Positions 1 through 8,666 of a DNA stretch of 64,000 nt are shown here, in pieces. This DNA is from an uncultured Acidobacteriota bacterium (GTDB taxonomy: Bacteria; Acidobacteriota; UBA6911), in NCBI GenBank assembly GCA_963843575.1, contig CAWJKZ010000024.1:96001-160000 (forward strand). The letters are read 5' to 3'. Positions within the stretch are counted from its first letter, which is position 1. Every line of letters starts with the position of its first letter. The position numbers and the translations under genes are program-made. The notes beneath the pieces were generated by a model, which was not told where the DNA came from, did no database searches, and saw only the letters and a program-made list of their open reading frames with translations.

Positions 1-230
1 ACCAGCGTGTAAATCTCGTCCTTGCTGCTGTCGAGATCGCGGACCCGCACCCTGGAATTCATGGTGATCACGTTCGCCGGGATCTCTTCGGACGGAACGA
101 CCTCGGCGTTGTCGAGCTCGTCCTGCAACATCTCCAGGTGGCGCCTGTCCCGGCCCTGCACGGCCGATTCCAGGTAGCTCCGGAGTCGCGCAAGATCGCT
201 TTCGGTGACGAGGATGAAATCCCTGTTCAT
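1..230 (-). CDS. rnk: Nucleoside diphosphate kinase regulator Rnk (GreA/GreB family), truncated by window edge
   Basis: Manual translation MNRDFILVTESDLARLRSYLE...LQDELDNAEVVPSEEIPANVITMNSRVRVRDLD...YTL; AAGGAG SD upstream; absent from ORF track. Confidence 0.85.
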   Translation of the reverse strand, partial: MNRDFILVTESDLARLRSYLESAVQGRDRRHLEMLQDELDNAEVVPSEEIPANVITMNSRVRVRDLDSSKDEIYTL

Positions 231-345
231 GCCAGACACTCCTTGTCGTTGAACGCGGCGCTCGTCGGTTGGGGCGGGAATAGCGCCGCGTTTGCATCAT
301 TATGCGTCATGTCACTCAGCTCAAAAAGTAGAAAATTCTTTTAAG

Positions 346-377
346 ATAGTTAGAAAAAATCTAACTATTCTAACTAT
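346..377. promoter_or_regulatory. Putative LysR (NhaR) operator in divergent rnk/nhaR promoter
   Basis: Inverted repeat ATAGTTAG-AAAAAAT-CTAACTAT containing a T-N11-A core, extra CTAACTAT at 370-377, in an AT-rich patch; TATAAT at 375-380. Confidence 0.65.
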
Positions 378-386
378 AATTAAAGG

Positions 387-1289
387 GTGGATTGGCTGAA
401 CTATCACCACCTTTACTACTTCTGGATGACGGTGCGTTCCGGGGGAGTCTCGGCTGCCGGAGCGCAGCTGCGGCTCGCCGCCCCCACCGTGAGCGCCCAG
501 ATACGCAGCCTCGAACGCAGCCTGGGCGAGAAACTCCTGGAGCGGCGCGGACGCAACGTCGTCCCGAGCGAGGCGGGGCGTGTGGTCTTCCGGTATGCCG
601 ACGAGATCTTCTCGCTCGGGCGGGACCTGGTGGACGCGGTGCGGGATCCGAGCGGACGCCCCCCTCGCCTCGTAATCGGGATCGCGGATGTGCTGCCGAA
701 GCTGATCGCGCACTGGCTGATCGAACCGGCGCTCAGACTGGGCCAGCCGGTCCGCATAGTATGCCGGGAAGATAACCCGGAACATCTGCTCGCGGCGCTC
801 GCCCTGCAGGAGCTGGACGTCGTGCTGTCGGACGCGCCGATCGGCCCAAACATAAAGGTCCACGCCTACAATCACCTGCTGGGGGAGTGCGGGATAAGCT
901 TCCTTGGCACGCCCGCGCTCGTCGCGTCTCGGCGCGCGGCGTTCCCGCGCTGCCTGGACGGGGCGCCGATGCTCCTTCCGACCGACAACACCGCGCTCCG
1001 GCGGAGCCTCGATCAGTGGTTTTCGGAGGGGCAGATACGGCCGGCGATTGTGGGGGAGTTCGAGGATTACGCCCTGCTCAGGGTGTTCGGCGAGACCGGT
1101 GCCGGCTTCTTCCCGGCGCCGTCGGTGCTCGAGGCGCAGCTCGCGGGCCAGTATGGCCTCAAGCAGATCGGGCAAACGGAAGAGGTCAGGGGGCGGTTTT
1201 ATGCGATCTCCGCCGAGAAGACCGTAAAGCACCCGGGGGTACGGGCCATCTGCGAAACCGCCCAGCGGAGACTCTTCAGCGGGCGCTGA
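387..1289 (+). CDS. nhaR: LysR family transcriptional regulator, NhaR-like
   Basis: N-terminus WLNYHHLYYFW, LysR HTH, substrate-binding domain, C-terminal KHP. Confidence 0.85.
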   Translation: MDWLNYHHLYYFWMTVRSGGVSAAGAQLRLAAPTVSAQIRSLERSLGEKLLERRGRNVVPSEAGRVVFRYADEIFSLGRDLVDAVRDPSGRPPRLVIGIADVLPKLIAHWLIEPALRLGQPVRIVCREDNPEHLLAALALQELDVVLSDAPIGPNIKVHAYNHLLGECGISFLGTPALVASRRAAFPRCLDGAPMLLPTDNTALRRSLDQWFSEGQIRPAIVGEFEDYALLRVFGETGAGFFPAPSVLEAQLAGQYGLKQIGQTEEVRGRFYAISAEKTVKHPGVRAICETAQRRLFSGR

Positions 1290-1300
1290 CTCAAAAACCC

Positions 1301-1366
1301 GCCACGAAAATCTCGGAAGAAAACGGAAAGACACCCTGAATGAATTTCTTCCGTGTTTTCCGTGGC
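1301..1366. repeat. Imperfect palindrome between convergent genes (possible bidirectional terminator)
   Basis: GCCACGAAAATCTCGGAAGAAA ... TTTCTTCCGTGTTTTCCGTGGC; TTCCGTG units 9 bp apart. Confidence 0.55.
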
Positions 1367-1388
1367 GCGTCTTTTTGTTTTTGCCTCG

Positions 1389-2732
1389 CTAAACCTCTGC
1401 CGCAACCGGGTGCACCCAGGGTTTTCGATAGGGCCGCTGCAGCAAGCGGTTGGCCTCGTCGTCGTTTCTGACGCGGTGTGCGACGGGGTCCCACGCCAGA
1501 GTGCGGCCCGTCTGCAGCGAGAGGTTCGCGAGGATGCAGCAGGCGGCCGAGATGTAGCCTTCCTCGATGTCGGCGACAGGGCGGCTGCGCGCGTCGACGG
1601 CGCCCAGGAAATCGATCATGTGGCGGCGCACGGCAGGGGCGGTGTGACGCTCCAGGCCTTCTTCGGTCTTGTCCTCCGGGAACTGCTCCAGTTCGTAGGC
1701 CACGTCCTTGTGCAGGGAGTCTCCCTTGTCGACCGGGGTGAAGTCGTAGCTGAATACTCCCGCCTTGAGGGTCCCCCGGTCTCCATAGAACGTCGCGCCC
1801 CAGGGGTATTTCGGATCGGGCGCCTGCCCCCAGTTCCGGTGCTGCCACACGATTTTCAGGTCGTCGTAGTCGAACGTTGCCGTCTGGGTGTCGGGGATGT
1901 TCGCCGTCGCGCCCTTGTGCACCAGTATCCCGCCGGTGGAAGCGACCGCCCTGGGCCACCCCAGGCCGAGCATCCAGCGCACCATGTCGAGCATGTGGAC
2001 GCCCATATCGCCGATGGTTCCGTTGCCATATTCCATGAAACTGCGCCAGCCGCCTGGGTGGATGCGCCGGTTGAAAGGGCGCATGGGGGCGGGACCGGTC
2101 CACATCTCGTAGTCGAGTGTCTCGGGGGGATCGACGTTGGGGAAGACGCCGGGGCGGCTCGGGTAGTAGCAGTAGATTTCCACCAGCGCGATTTTGCCGA
2201 GCCGCCCTGCCTGGACGATGTTGTCCCGGGCGTCGGCCAGGTGGGGTGTGCTTCGGCGCTGCATCCCCACCTGCACGACGCGCCGGTACTTGCGGGCCGC
2301 CTCCACCATGGCGCGCCCCTCGACGACGTCGACGCTGACCGGCTTCTGCACGTACACGTCGGCACCGGCCCGCACCGCTTCGATCATCGGCAGCGCGTGC
2401 CAGTGGTCGGGCGTGTCGACGAGCACGATGTCGAGGTCCTTTTCCCGCAGCATTTCGCGGAAGTCCGAGAACACGCGGGGAGCCTTGCGTGACTTCTGAC
2501 GCGATGCGACCGCCTCGGCTGCCTGGGCCAGGAGACGCCGGTCGACGTCGCAGAGGGATACCACCTCGACCGGCGATACCTGCAGCAGGCGGAAGAGGTC
2601 GCACTTGCCATACCATCCTGTGCCGATCAGGCCGACGCGCCTGGTCTTGTCGTCGGCCGGGGGCAGGGCGCTGGACCCCGCGGTACAGGCCAAGCCCGCC
2701 GTCATCGAATACAGGAACCGTCGACGATTCAT
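1389..2732 (-). CDS. Gfo/Idh/MocA family oxidoreductase with Tat signal
   Basis: MNRRRFL twin-Arg signal, GLIGTGWYG Rossmann motif, TPDHWH, QKP; start trimmed to ATG 2732. Confidence 0.85.
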   Translation of the reverse strand: MNRRRFLYSMTAGLACTAGSSALPPADDKTRRVGLIGTGWYGKCDLFRLLQVSPVEVVSLCDVDRRLLAQAAEAVASRQKSRKAPRVFSDFREMLREKDLDIVLVDTPDHWHALPMIEAVRAGADVYVQKPVSVDVVEGRAMVEAARKYRRVVQVGMQRRSTPHLADARDNIVQAGRLGKIALVEIYCYYPSRPGVFPNVDPPETLDYEMWTGPAPMRPFNRRIHPGGWRSFMEYGNGTIGDMGVHMLDMVRWMLGLGWPRAVASTGGILVHKGATANIPDTQTATFDYDDLKIVWQHRNWGQAPDPKYPWGATFYGDRGTLKAGVFSYDFTPVDKGDSLHKDVAYELEQFPEDKTEEGLERHTAPAVRRHMIDFLGAVDARSRPVADIEEGYISAACCILANLSLQTGRTLAWDPVAHRVRNDDEANRLLQRPYRKPWVHPVAAEV

Positions 2733-2846
2733 GGGTCCCCCCAGTCGCGATCTGATGTCGGCGCCATGATACCCCAAAGTGAGCGGAATTGGGCCCGACC
2801 CGTGGTAACGTACGGGGGCGAGGAGTGTCGGGTGGGAGGTTTGCGC

Positions 2847-5186
2847 GTGAAGAATGGTTTTTTCGGGGCGGGCCTGATCCTTGCCTGCACCCTCAGCCTG
2901 GCCGGGTACCATCTCGCCGGTGCAGGCCGGTCGCCGCAGGGGTTGCTCGGCGCCATCACGATCGATTATCCGCTGGACGGTTCGCTCTTTCCCCCGGACA
3001 TGACGGCCCCGACCTTCCTCTGGCACGACGCCGTGGAGGAGGCGACGGTCTGGCGGGTCGAGGTGAGTGTAGACGGCCGCCCGCTCCCGTTCCGGATCCG
3101 TTCCCTGGGCGAGCGTATGACCGTTGGGGCGATCGACCCGCGGTGTGTCGGTCCCACCAACAGGCTCCCCACACTTAGCCCGGCCGAGGAGGCAGCCCAC
3201 ACCTGGACGCCGGACGGGTCAACCTGGGAGATCATCAAGCAGGCCTCGTCGGAGCGGGACGCTACCGTCACAATCACCGGCTACGCCGGCCAGGGAGCCG
3301 CTCGGGCGGTGTCGCGCGGCCGCGTCACCATCCGCACCTCCATCGACCCGGTCGGGGCGCCGATCTTCTACCGCGACGTGCCCTTGATGCCCTCCGAGCT
3401 CGAGAAGGGCGTCATCAAGCCGCTGGCCCCAAGGCTCCTCCCCTACATCGCCTGGCGCCTGCGCGATGTCGCGGAGCCGCGCAGCCGCGTGGTCATGGAG
3501 GGGATCCACACGTGCGCCAACTGCCACTCGTTCTCCCGGGACGGCAAGACGCTTGGACTGGATTTGGACGGGCCGCACAACGACAAGGGGCTGTACGCGA
3601 TCGTCTCCGTCGGACCCGAGATGTCCATCCGGAACAGCGACGTGATCTCGTGGAAGACTTTCCGCGACCAGACCGCAGCCGACAAGAGAATTGGCTTCAT
3701 GTCGCAGGTCTCGCCGGACGGCATGCACGTCGTGACGGCCACGGAGGTCGAATACTACGTCGCGAACTTCAAGGACTATCGTTTCCTCCAGGTCTTCTAT
3801 CCGACGCGCGGGATACTGGCGTACTACAGCCGGTCGGACGGGCGGATGCGGGCCCTGCCGGGGGCGGACGATCCCCGCTACGTGCAGGCCAACGCCGTCT
3901 GGAGCCCCGACGGCCGCTACCTGGTCTTCGCCCGGGCGGCCGCGTCGGATCCCTATCCCGCGGGGCGGCCGATGGCCGAGTATCCCAACGATCCCAACGA
4001 GGTGCCCATCCGCTACGACCTTTACCGGATCCCCTTCAACGATGGGCGGGGCGGCGTGCCGACCGCCATCGCGGGCGCATCGCACAACGGCATGAGCAAC
4101 TCGTTCCCGAAGATCTCGCCCGACGGCCGCTGGATCGTCTTCGTTCAGTGCCGCAACGGTCAGCTCATGCGTCCCGACGGCCAGCTCTTCATCGTGCCCG
4201 CCGACGGGGGCACGGCGCGCAGAATGCGCTGCAACACGCCGCTCATGAACTCGTGGCACAGTTTCTCCCCGAACGGCCGCTGGCTGGTTTTCTCCTCGAA
4301 AAGCCGCTCTCCCTACACCCAGATGTTCCTCACCCACATCGACGGGAATGGCGACGACAGCCCGGCCATCCTGGTCGAGAACACCACCGCAGCCAACCGG
4401 GCCGTGAATATCCCGGAGTTCGTCAACATACCGTCGGAGGGCATGCGGCGGATCGATGCGCCGGCCACCGAGTTCTACCGCCTCTACGACAGTGCCTGGG
4501 ATCTGACCGAGAAAGGCGAGATCGAGGCCGCGCTCGCCGAGTGGGGCAGGGCGCTGGCCCTCGATCCGGCCGATGCCAAGGCCCGGAACAACTTCGGAGC
4601 CCTGCTTTTGCGGGCGGGCCGGCTCGAACAGGCGGCGGATCAACTGCGGAGGGTAGTTGCGGCGAGACCGGAGTTCGTCAGCGCCCGCAACAATCTCGGG
4701 CTTGCTCTCTTCGAGGTCGGAAAAGTCGACGAGGCGATCGAACAGTGGTCGCAATCGCTGGAGCTGAACCCGGACTCTACGGAGGCCCGTCTCAACCTGG
4801 GGAACGCCTTTCTCGTGCGTGGCCGATTCGGGGAGGCAGCCGGGCAGTGGCTCGCCGCGCTCGCATTGGAGCCGAACCGGATCCCGGTCCTGAGTAACCT
4901 GGCGTGGATGCTGGCCACATGCCCCGATGCGCGCGCCCGGGACGGCCGCCAGGCGGTGGAGTATGCCGAGCGCGCCCTGAAGCTCTCCGGCGTGGAGGAT
5001 CCCTTGCTCCTGGACATCGCGGGCGCCGCCTACGCCGAGGCCGGACGGTTTGCCGAGGCTGCGCAAGCGGCCCGCCGCGGGCTCGCCGTCGCTGCCCGTC
5101 TCGCCGACCCGCAGCGCGCCGACGCGCTCAAGACCAGGCTCTCGCTTTACGAGCGACGAACGGCTTACCGCGACCCGAAACCGTAA
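2847..5186 (+). CDS. Exported TolB/PD40-repeat + TPR protein with one CXXCH motif
   Basis: GGAGG then GTG; hydrophobic N-terminus; CANCH; repeated SPDG/SPNG PD40 motifs; C-terminal TPRs. Confidence 0.75.
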   Translation: MKNGFFGAGLILACTLSLAGYHLAGAGRSPQGLLGAITIDYPLDGSLFPPDMTAPTFLWHDAVEEATVWRVEVSVDGRPLPFRIRSLGERMTVGAIDPRCVGPTNRLPTLSPAEEAAHTWTPDGSTWEIIKQASSERDATVTITGYAGQGAARAVSRGRVTIRTSIDPVGAPIFYRDVPLMPSELEKGVIKPLAPRLLPYIAWRLRDVAEPRSRVVMEGIHTCANCHSFSRDGKTLGLDLDGPHNDKGLYAIVSVGPEMSIRNSDVISWKTFRDQTAADKRIGFMSQVSPDGMHVVTATEVEYYVANFKDYRFLQVFYPTRGILAYYSRSDGRMRALPGADDPRYVQANAVWSPDGRYLVFARAAASDPYPAGRPMAEYPNDPNEVPIRYDLYRIPFNDGRGGVPTAIAGASHNGMSNSFPKISPDGRWIVFVQCRNGQLMRPDGQLFIVPADGGTARRMRCNTPLMNSWHSFSPNGRWLVFSSKSRSPYTQMFLTHIDGNGDDSPAILVENTTAANRAVNIPEFVNIPSEGMRRIDAPATEFYRLYDSAWDLTEKGEIEAALAEWGRALALDPADAKARNNFGALLLRAGRLEQAADQLRRVVAARPEFVSARNNLGLALFEVGKVDEAIEQWSQSLELNPDSTEARLNLGNAFLVRGRFGEAAGQWLAALALEPNRIPVLSNLAWMLATCPDARARDGRQAVEYAERALKLSGVEDPLLLDIAGAAYAEAGRFAEAAQAARRGLAVAARLADPQRADALKTRLSLYERRTAYRDPKP

Positions 5187-5359
5187 CGTATTTTTCAGGA
5201 CGCGGATGCGCGCGGATTCCCACGGATCGACCTGGCGACGGGCCGCGGCCAATCCGCGTGAATCCGTTGGATCCGCGGAATCTGCGTTCTGTTTTGGCCT
5301 TTGTCTTTCATTGCCCGTGTTGTTCTGCGTGAATACGTCAGCGTACTTATGAGACTAAG
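5186..5359. repeat. MITE-like palindromic repeat family A, copy 1
   Basis: TTTTTCAGGACGCGGATGCGCGCGGAT...ATCCGCGTGAATCCGTTGGATCCGCG...AATACGTCAGCGTA(C/G)T(T/C)ATGAGACT shared with 14751-14910. Confidence 0.8.
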
Positions 5360-5978
5360 GCTTCCCGCTGAGGTAAAGATGCCACAGGATTCGAGCCGCC
5401 ACGGCCCTCCAGGGGCGCCATCGCGCCCCGAGAGACTCCATCTCCGCCGGAGAGGGAAGCGCAGGGAGCCGCATCGCGCGCTGCGCCGCGGTCGCGAGGG
5501 CGAGGTCGCCGCGGGGCCAGACGTCCGGGCGCCTGAGCGCCATCAAAAGGTATATGTCGGCCGTCCACGGGCCTATGCCCTTGACCTTGACCAGTTCCGC
5601 CCGAACCTCGTCGTCGCTCCGCCGTCGAAGTTCGTGCAACCCGAGGCTGCCGGAAAGAATGGCCTGGGCGAGGTTGCGCCCGTACTCTGCCTTCTGACGG
5701 CTGAAGCCCGCCGCCCTCAGCGCCGGACCGTCCAGCTCGAGAAAGCCGGACGGCGTCAGTGGCGATGAAAGGGCGAGCAGCCGCCGGAAAGCGGCCCGCG
5801 CCGAGGCGAGCGAAACCTGCTGTTCGAGAATGATGCGCAGCAGCGACGGGAACCCGGGCCTGCGCGCCCAAAGCGGCGGAGGGCCGAGCTCGGAAACGAT
5901 GCTCCCGAAGGCGGGCTCCCGCGACATGAGATCCCGCACTCCCCGCCCAAGCGTCTCTGTCGTGAGCCCTGCCGTCAC
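5355..5978 (-). CDS. alkA: DNA-3-methyladenine glycosylase II family (HhH-GPD)
   Basis: ILEQQVS, HhH LVKVKGIGPWTAD, WPRGDL, WRPWR; GTG start 6 nt after TATAAT. Confidence 0.8.
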   Translation of the reverse strand: MTAGLTTETLGRGVRDLMSREPAFGSIVSELGPPPLWARRPGFPSLLRIILEQQVSLASARAAFRRLLALSSPLTPSGFLELDGPALRAAGFSRQKAEYGRNLAQAILSGSLGLHELRRRSDDEVRAELVKVKGIGPWTADIYLLMALRRPDVWPRGDLALATAAQRAMRLPALPSPAEMESLGARWRPWRAVAARILWHLYLSGKP

Positions 5979-6016
5979 GAGATCATTATACAGGGCCCGG
6001 GAGGGCGGCCGAGGCC

Positions 6017-7819
6017 TCACGGCCGGTTGACCACGGTGCGTCCCCACGCCGCCATGCGACGCACTGTAGGGGAGGTCTCGATCAGGTCGCGGAAGGTCAG
6101 GTCGAAACCGAGTTCCTGTGTCACGCGGGCCCGGATGCGTGCGGCGACGATGGAGTTGCCGCCCAGTTCGAGGAAATCGTCGTCCACGCCGACTGCCCCG
6201 ATGCCAAGTGCTTCGCCCCAGATGCCGGCAAGCGCCTGCTCCATCGGGCTCTGCGGCGCGGCGTAGGTGGTGTCGAGGTTCGGGCGTCCGGGAGGCGGGT
6301 CGGGGAGCGCGCCGCGGTGGATCTTCCCGTTGGGTGCCAGGGGCATGCGATCGACGAACACCCACGCCGCCGGGACCATGTAATCGGGAAGCAGCTTCTC
6401 GAGATGGCGCCGCAGCAGCGCAATGCCGGGACGGAATTCGGGATCGGCTACGATCCAGGCGACGAGGCGGGTCTGGCCGTCCGCGTCCGTCCGTCCCATC
6501 ACCACCGCGTCGCGCACCCCGGGGCACGAAGACAACGCGTATTCCACCTCTCCCAACTCGATCCGGTAACCGCGCACCTTGACCTGGAAATCCGTGCGGC
6601 CTAGGTGCGTCAGGCAACCGTCGGATCCCATGCGGCCAAGATCGCCCGTCAGAAAAAGCCGCCCCCCCTCGCCGTGCGGATCGGGGCGGAAGGCCTTGCC
6701 AGTGAGGTCGGGCCGCCGCCAGTACCCGGGCGAGAGGTAACGGCTGCGGGCCGCAATCTCACCGATCTCTCCGGTAGTCACTTCCGCCCCCTGCTCGTTA
6801 AGCAGCAGGACCTCGTAGTCGGGTGCCGCATAGCCGATCGGCACGGCGTGGCCCTCGACCGTGGTCTGCTTGCCGGCAAAGAACCAGCTGACGGTGCCGG
6901 TTTCGGAAGCGCCGAACCGGCTGACAAAGACGCAGCCGTCGGGGCAGAGCCGCCGGTAGGCCTCCCAGTCGCTCCGCCGGACCGGTTCGCCTCCAAGCAT
7001 GACCAGCCGAAGGTGCGGAAAGGGTGGGCGCCCGGCGGCTATTGGCTCGGCCAGCCGACGGAAGACCGTCGGCACGCACCAGAGTACGGTGATCCGGTCG
7101 TTCGCCAGCCATTCAGCCATGGCGTGGAAGCCCTCGCGGCGTACGTCGAAAGGATGCAGCGTCACGCCGCTCGACAGCGCCGCGAAAATCTGGTGTTGGG
7201 CAAAGTTGGCGCTGAACGAAAACACAAGCGACAACCGGTCCTCGGGGGTCAGACGTTGTGCCTCGATGTAGGTTTGCGCGTACCGCACGACGTTGCGACG
7301 GCTCTGGACGACGCCCTTCGGCCTGCCTGTGGAACCCGAGGTGTAGAGGATCCAGGCCGGAGTGTCCGGGGAGGGATCGGGGCGGCGCGGCCGCGGCGAC
7401 CTGCACGCCCCCTCTTCGATGGCTTCCCATTCGATAATCGGCAGAGGACGTGCGCTCCAGGCCTGCTGCACTGAGCGCCCCGCCTCGTCCGTTACGACTG
7501 CGGCGGCCGTGGAATCCTCAAGGAGAAACGCCCCGCGCTCCCGCGGCAGCCGCGGATCCAGCGGCACGAACGGTCGGCCCGACTTCAGCACGCCGAGGAG
7601 CGCGGCGATCGCCGGAACGCCGCCTTCGAGCAGGATCCCCACTGGTTCGTTCCCGGTGCCGAGCCGATCTGTCAGGACATCGGCGACCCGGTTGGCCAGG
7701 CAATCCAGTTCCCCGAAAGACGCGCGACGGCCGCTCGAGCTGACCGCGATGCGGTCGGGGTGCGCGCGGGCGCAGTCCTCGAACAACGTCACCGGCGAAG
7801 GGGAGTCCGGGCTGTGCAT
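6017..7819 (-). CDS. Standalone NRPS-like adenylation + PCP didomain
   Basis: YTSGSTGRPKG, GASET, TGDLG, QVKVRGYRIELGE, NGK; PCP DDFLELGGNS. Confidence 0.85.
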   Translation of the reverse strand: MHSPDSPSPVTLFEDCARAHPDRIAVSSSGRRASFGELDCLANRVADVLTDRLGTGNEPVGILLEGGVPAIAALLGVLKSGRPFVPLDPRLPRERGAFLLEDSTAAAVVTDEAGRSVQQAWSARPLPIIEWEAIEEGACRSPRPRRPDPSPDTPAWILYTSGSTGRPKGVVQSRRNVVRYAQTYIEAQRLTPEDRLSLVFSFSANFAQHQIFAALSSGVTLHPFDVRREGFHAMAEWLANDRITVLWCVPTVFRRLAEPIAAGRPPFPHLRLVMLGGEPVRRSDWEAYRRLCPDGCVFVSRFGASETGTVSWFFAGKQTTVEGHAVPIGYAAPDYEVLLLNEQGAEVTTGEIGEIAARSRYLSPGYWRRPDLTGKAFRPDPHGEGGRLFLTGDLGRMGSDGCLTHLGRTDFQVKVRGYRIELGEVEYALSSCPGVRDAVVMGRTDADGQTRLVAWIVADPEFRPGIALLRRHLEKLLPDYMVPAAWVFVDRMPLAPNGKIHRGALPDPPPGRPNLDTTYAAPQSPMEQALAGIWGEALGIGAVGVDDDFLELGGNSIVAARIRARVTQELGFDLTFRDLIETSPTVRRMAAWGRTVVNRP

Positions 7820-7899
7820 ATTCCGGCAGATCTGCTTGGGGGCCGGCTCGCCTCAGGGAATCAACGGATCTCCCGCTGGAGGCGGCGTCGTTGCCCTGA

Positions 7900-8421
7900 C
7901 TAGCCCTCGGCGCGGGGGGCAGCGGCAGGCTTTTTTGTGAACTTGCCGATCTCCTTGTCGAGCATGTACATCCCCCGTCCCTCGGTGCCGATCAGTTCGA
8001 TCAGGTCGAGGACCGAGCGGAACAGCATCTCCTCCTCATGCTGCTCCCCGACATACCACTGCAGGAAGCTGAAGGTCGAAAAGTCCCGCTCGTCCAGGCA
8101 GGCGCTGACGAGCTCGTTTATTTTCCTCGTGATAAAGATCTCGTGTTCGAGGATGGATTTGAACACTGCCCTGATCGACTCGAACTCTTGCGGCGGTTTG
8201 CGCACCTCCGGGACGATCGCCTGTGCGCCCGTATCCGCCACATACGCAAACAGCTTGCGCATGTGCCCCAGCTCCTCGTCGCTGTGCTGCCGCAGAAACG
8301 CGGCCGAGCCGCGCAGGCCTTTGAACCCGCACCACGAGCTCATCGCAAGGTACAGGTTCGCAGAGTAGTATTCATGGGAAATCTGCTCGGTGAGCAGGTT
8401 GAGTATTTTTTCGCTCAGCAT
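7900..8421 (-). CDS. ftnA: Non-heme ferritin
   Basis: EYYSANLYL, EELGH, EHE, FLQWYVGEQHEEE ferroxidase motifs. Confidence 0.9.
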   Translation of the reverse strand: MLSEKILNLLTEQISHEYYSANLYLAMSSWCGFKGLRGSAAFLRQHSDEELGHMRKLFAYVADTGAQAIVPEVRKPPQEFESIRAVFKSILEHEIFITRKINELVSACLDERDFSTFSFLQWYVGEQHEEEMLFRSVLDLIELIGTEGRGMYMLDKEIGKFTKKPAAAPRAEG

Positions 8422-8510
8422 CGGTCACACACTCCATGGAAATGATAATTCCGGCTCATTGACACGCATACGTTGTATCACAAACGGGGAAGAGAGCACC
8501 CTGCGAGATT

Positions 8511-8659
8511 CGTGCGCCGACATGCGCCGAACGCTCGCCTTGTCGGCGCTTCCCTCGGCGTCCGTCGGCGTACCGGCCGCGGAACTCCTCTCGTACGCCG
8601 ACATGCGCCAACCCCGCTCACCTCGTCGGCACTTGCCTCGGCATCCGTCGGCGTACCGG
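8511..8659. repeat. Tandem pair of about 67 bp palindromic units
   Basis: Units 8511-8576 and 8592-8659: CGT(G/A)CGCCGACATGCGCC...CCTCGGC(G/A)TCCGTCGGCGTACCGG; unit ends are self-complementary. Confidence 0.75.
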
Positions 8660-8666
8660 AGTCTAA

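Noticed and set aside
5355-7819. alkA as self-resistance gene of a genotoxin cluster with the A-PCP
   Set aside because: No other biosynthetic genes, and alkA appears to have its own leaderless promoter.
8438-8460. Fur box upstream of ferritin (AATGATAAT...TCATT)
   Set aside because: Only one good half-site; plausible but too weak to call.
8511-8659. Possible mini CRISPR array
   Set aside because: Only two long imperfect palindromic units with a 15-bp gap, no unique spacers of regular length, no cas genes.
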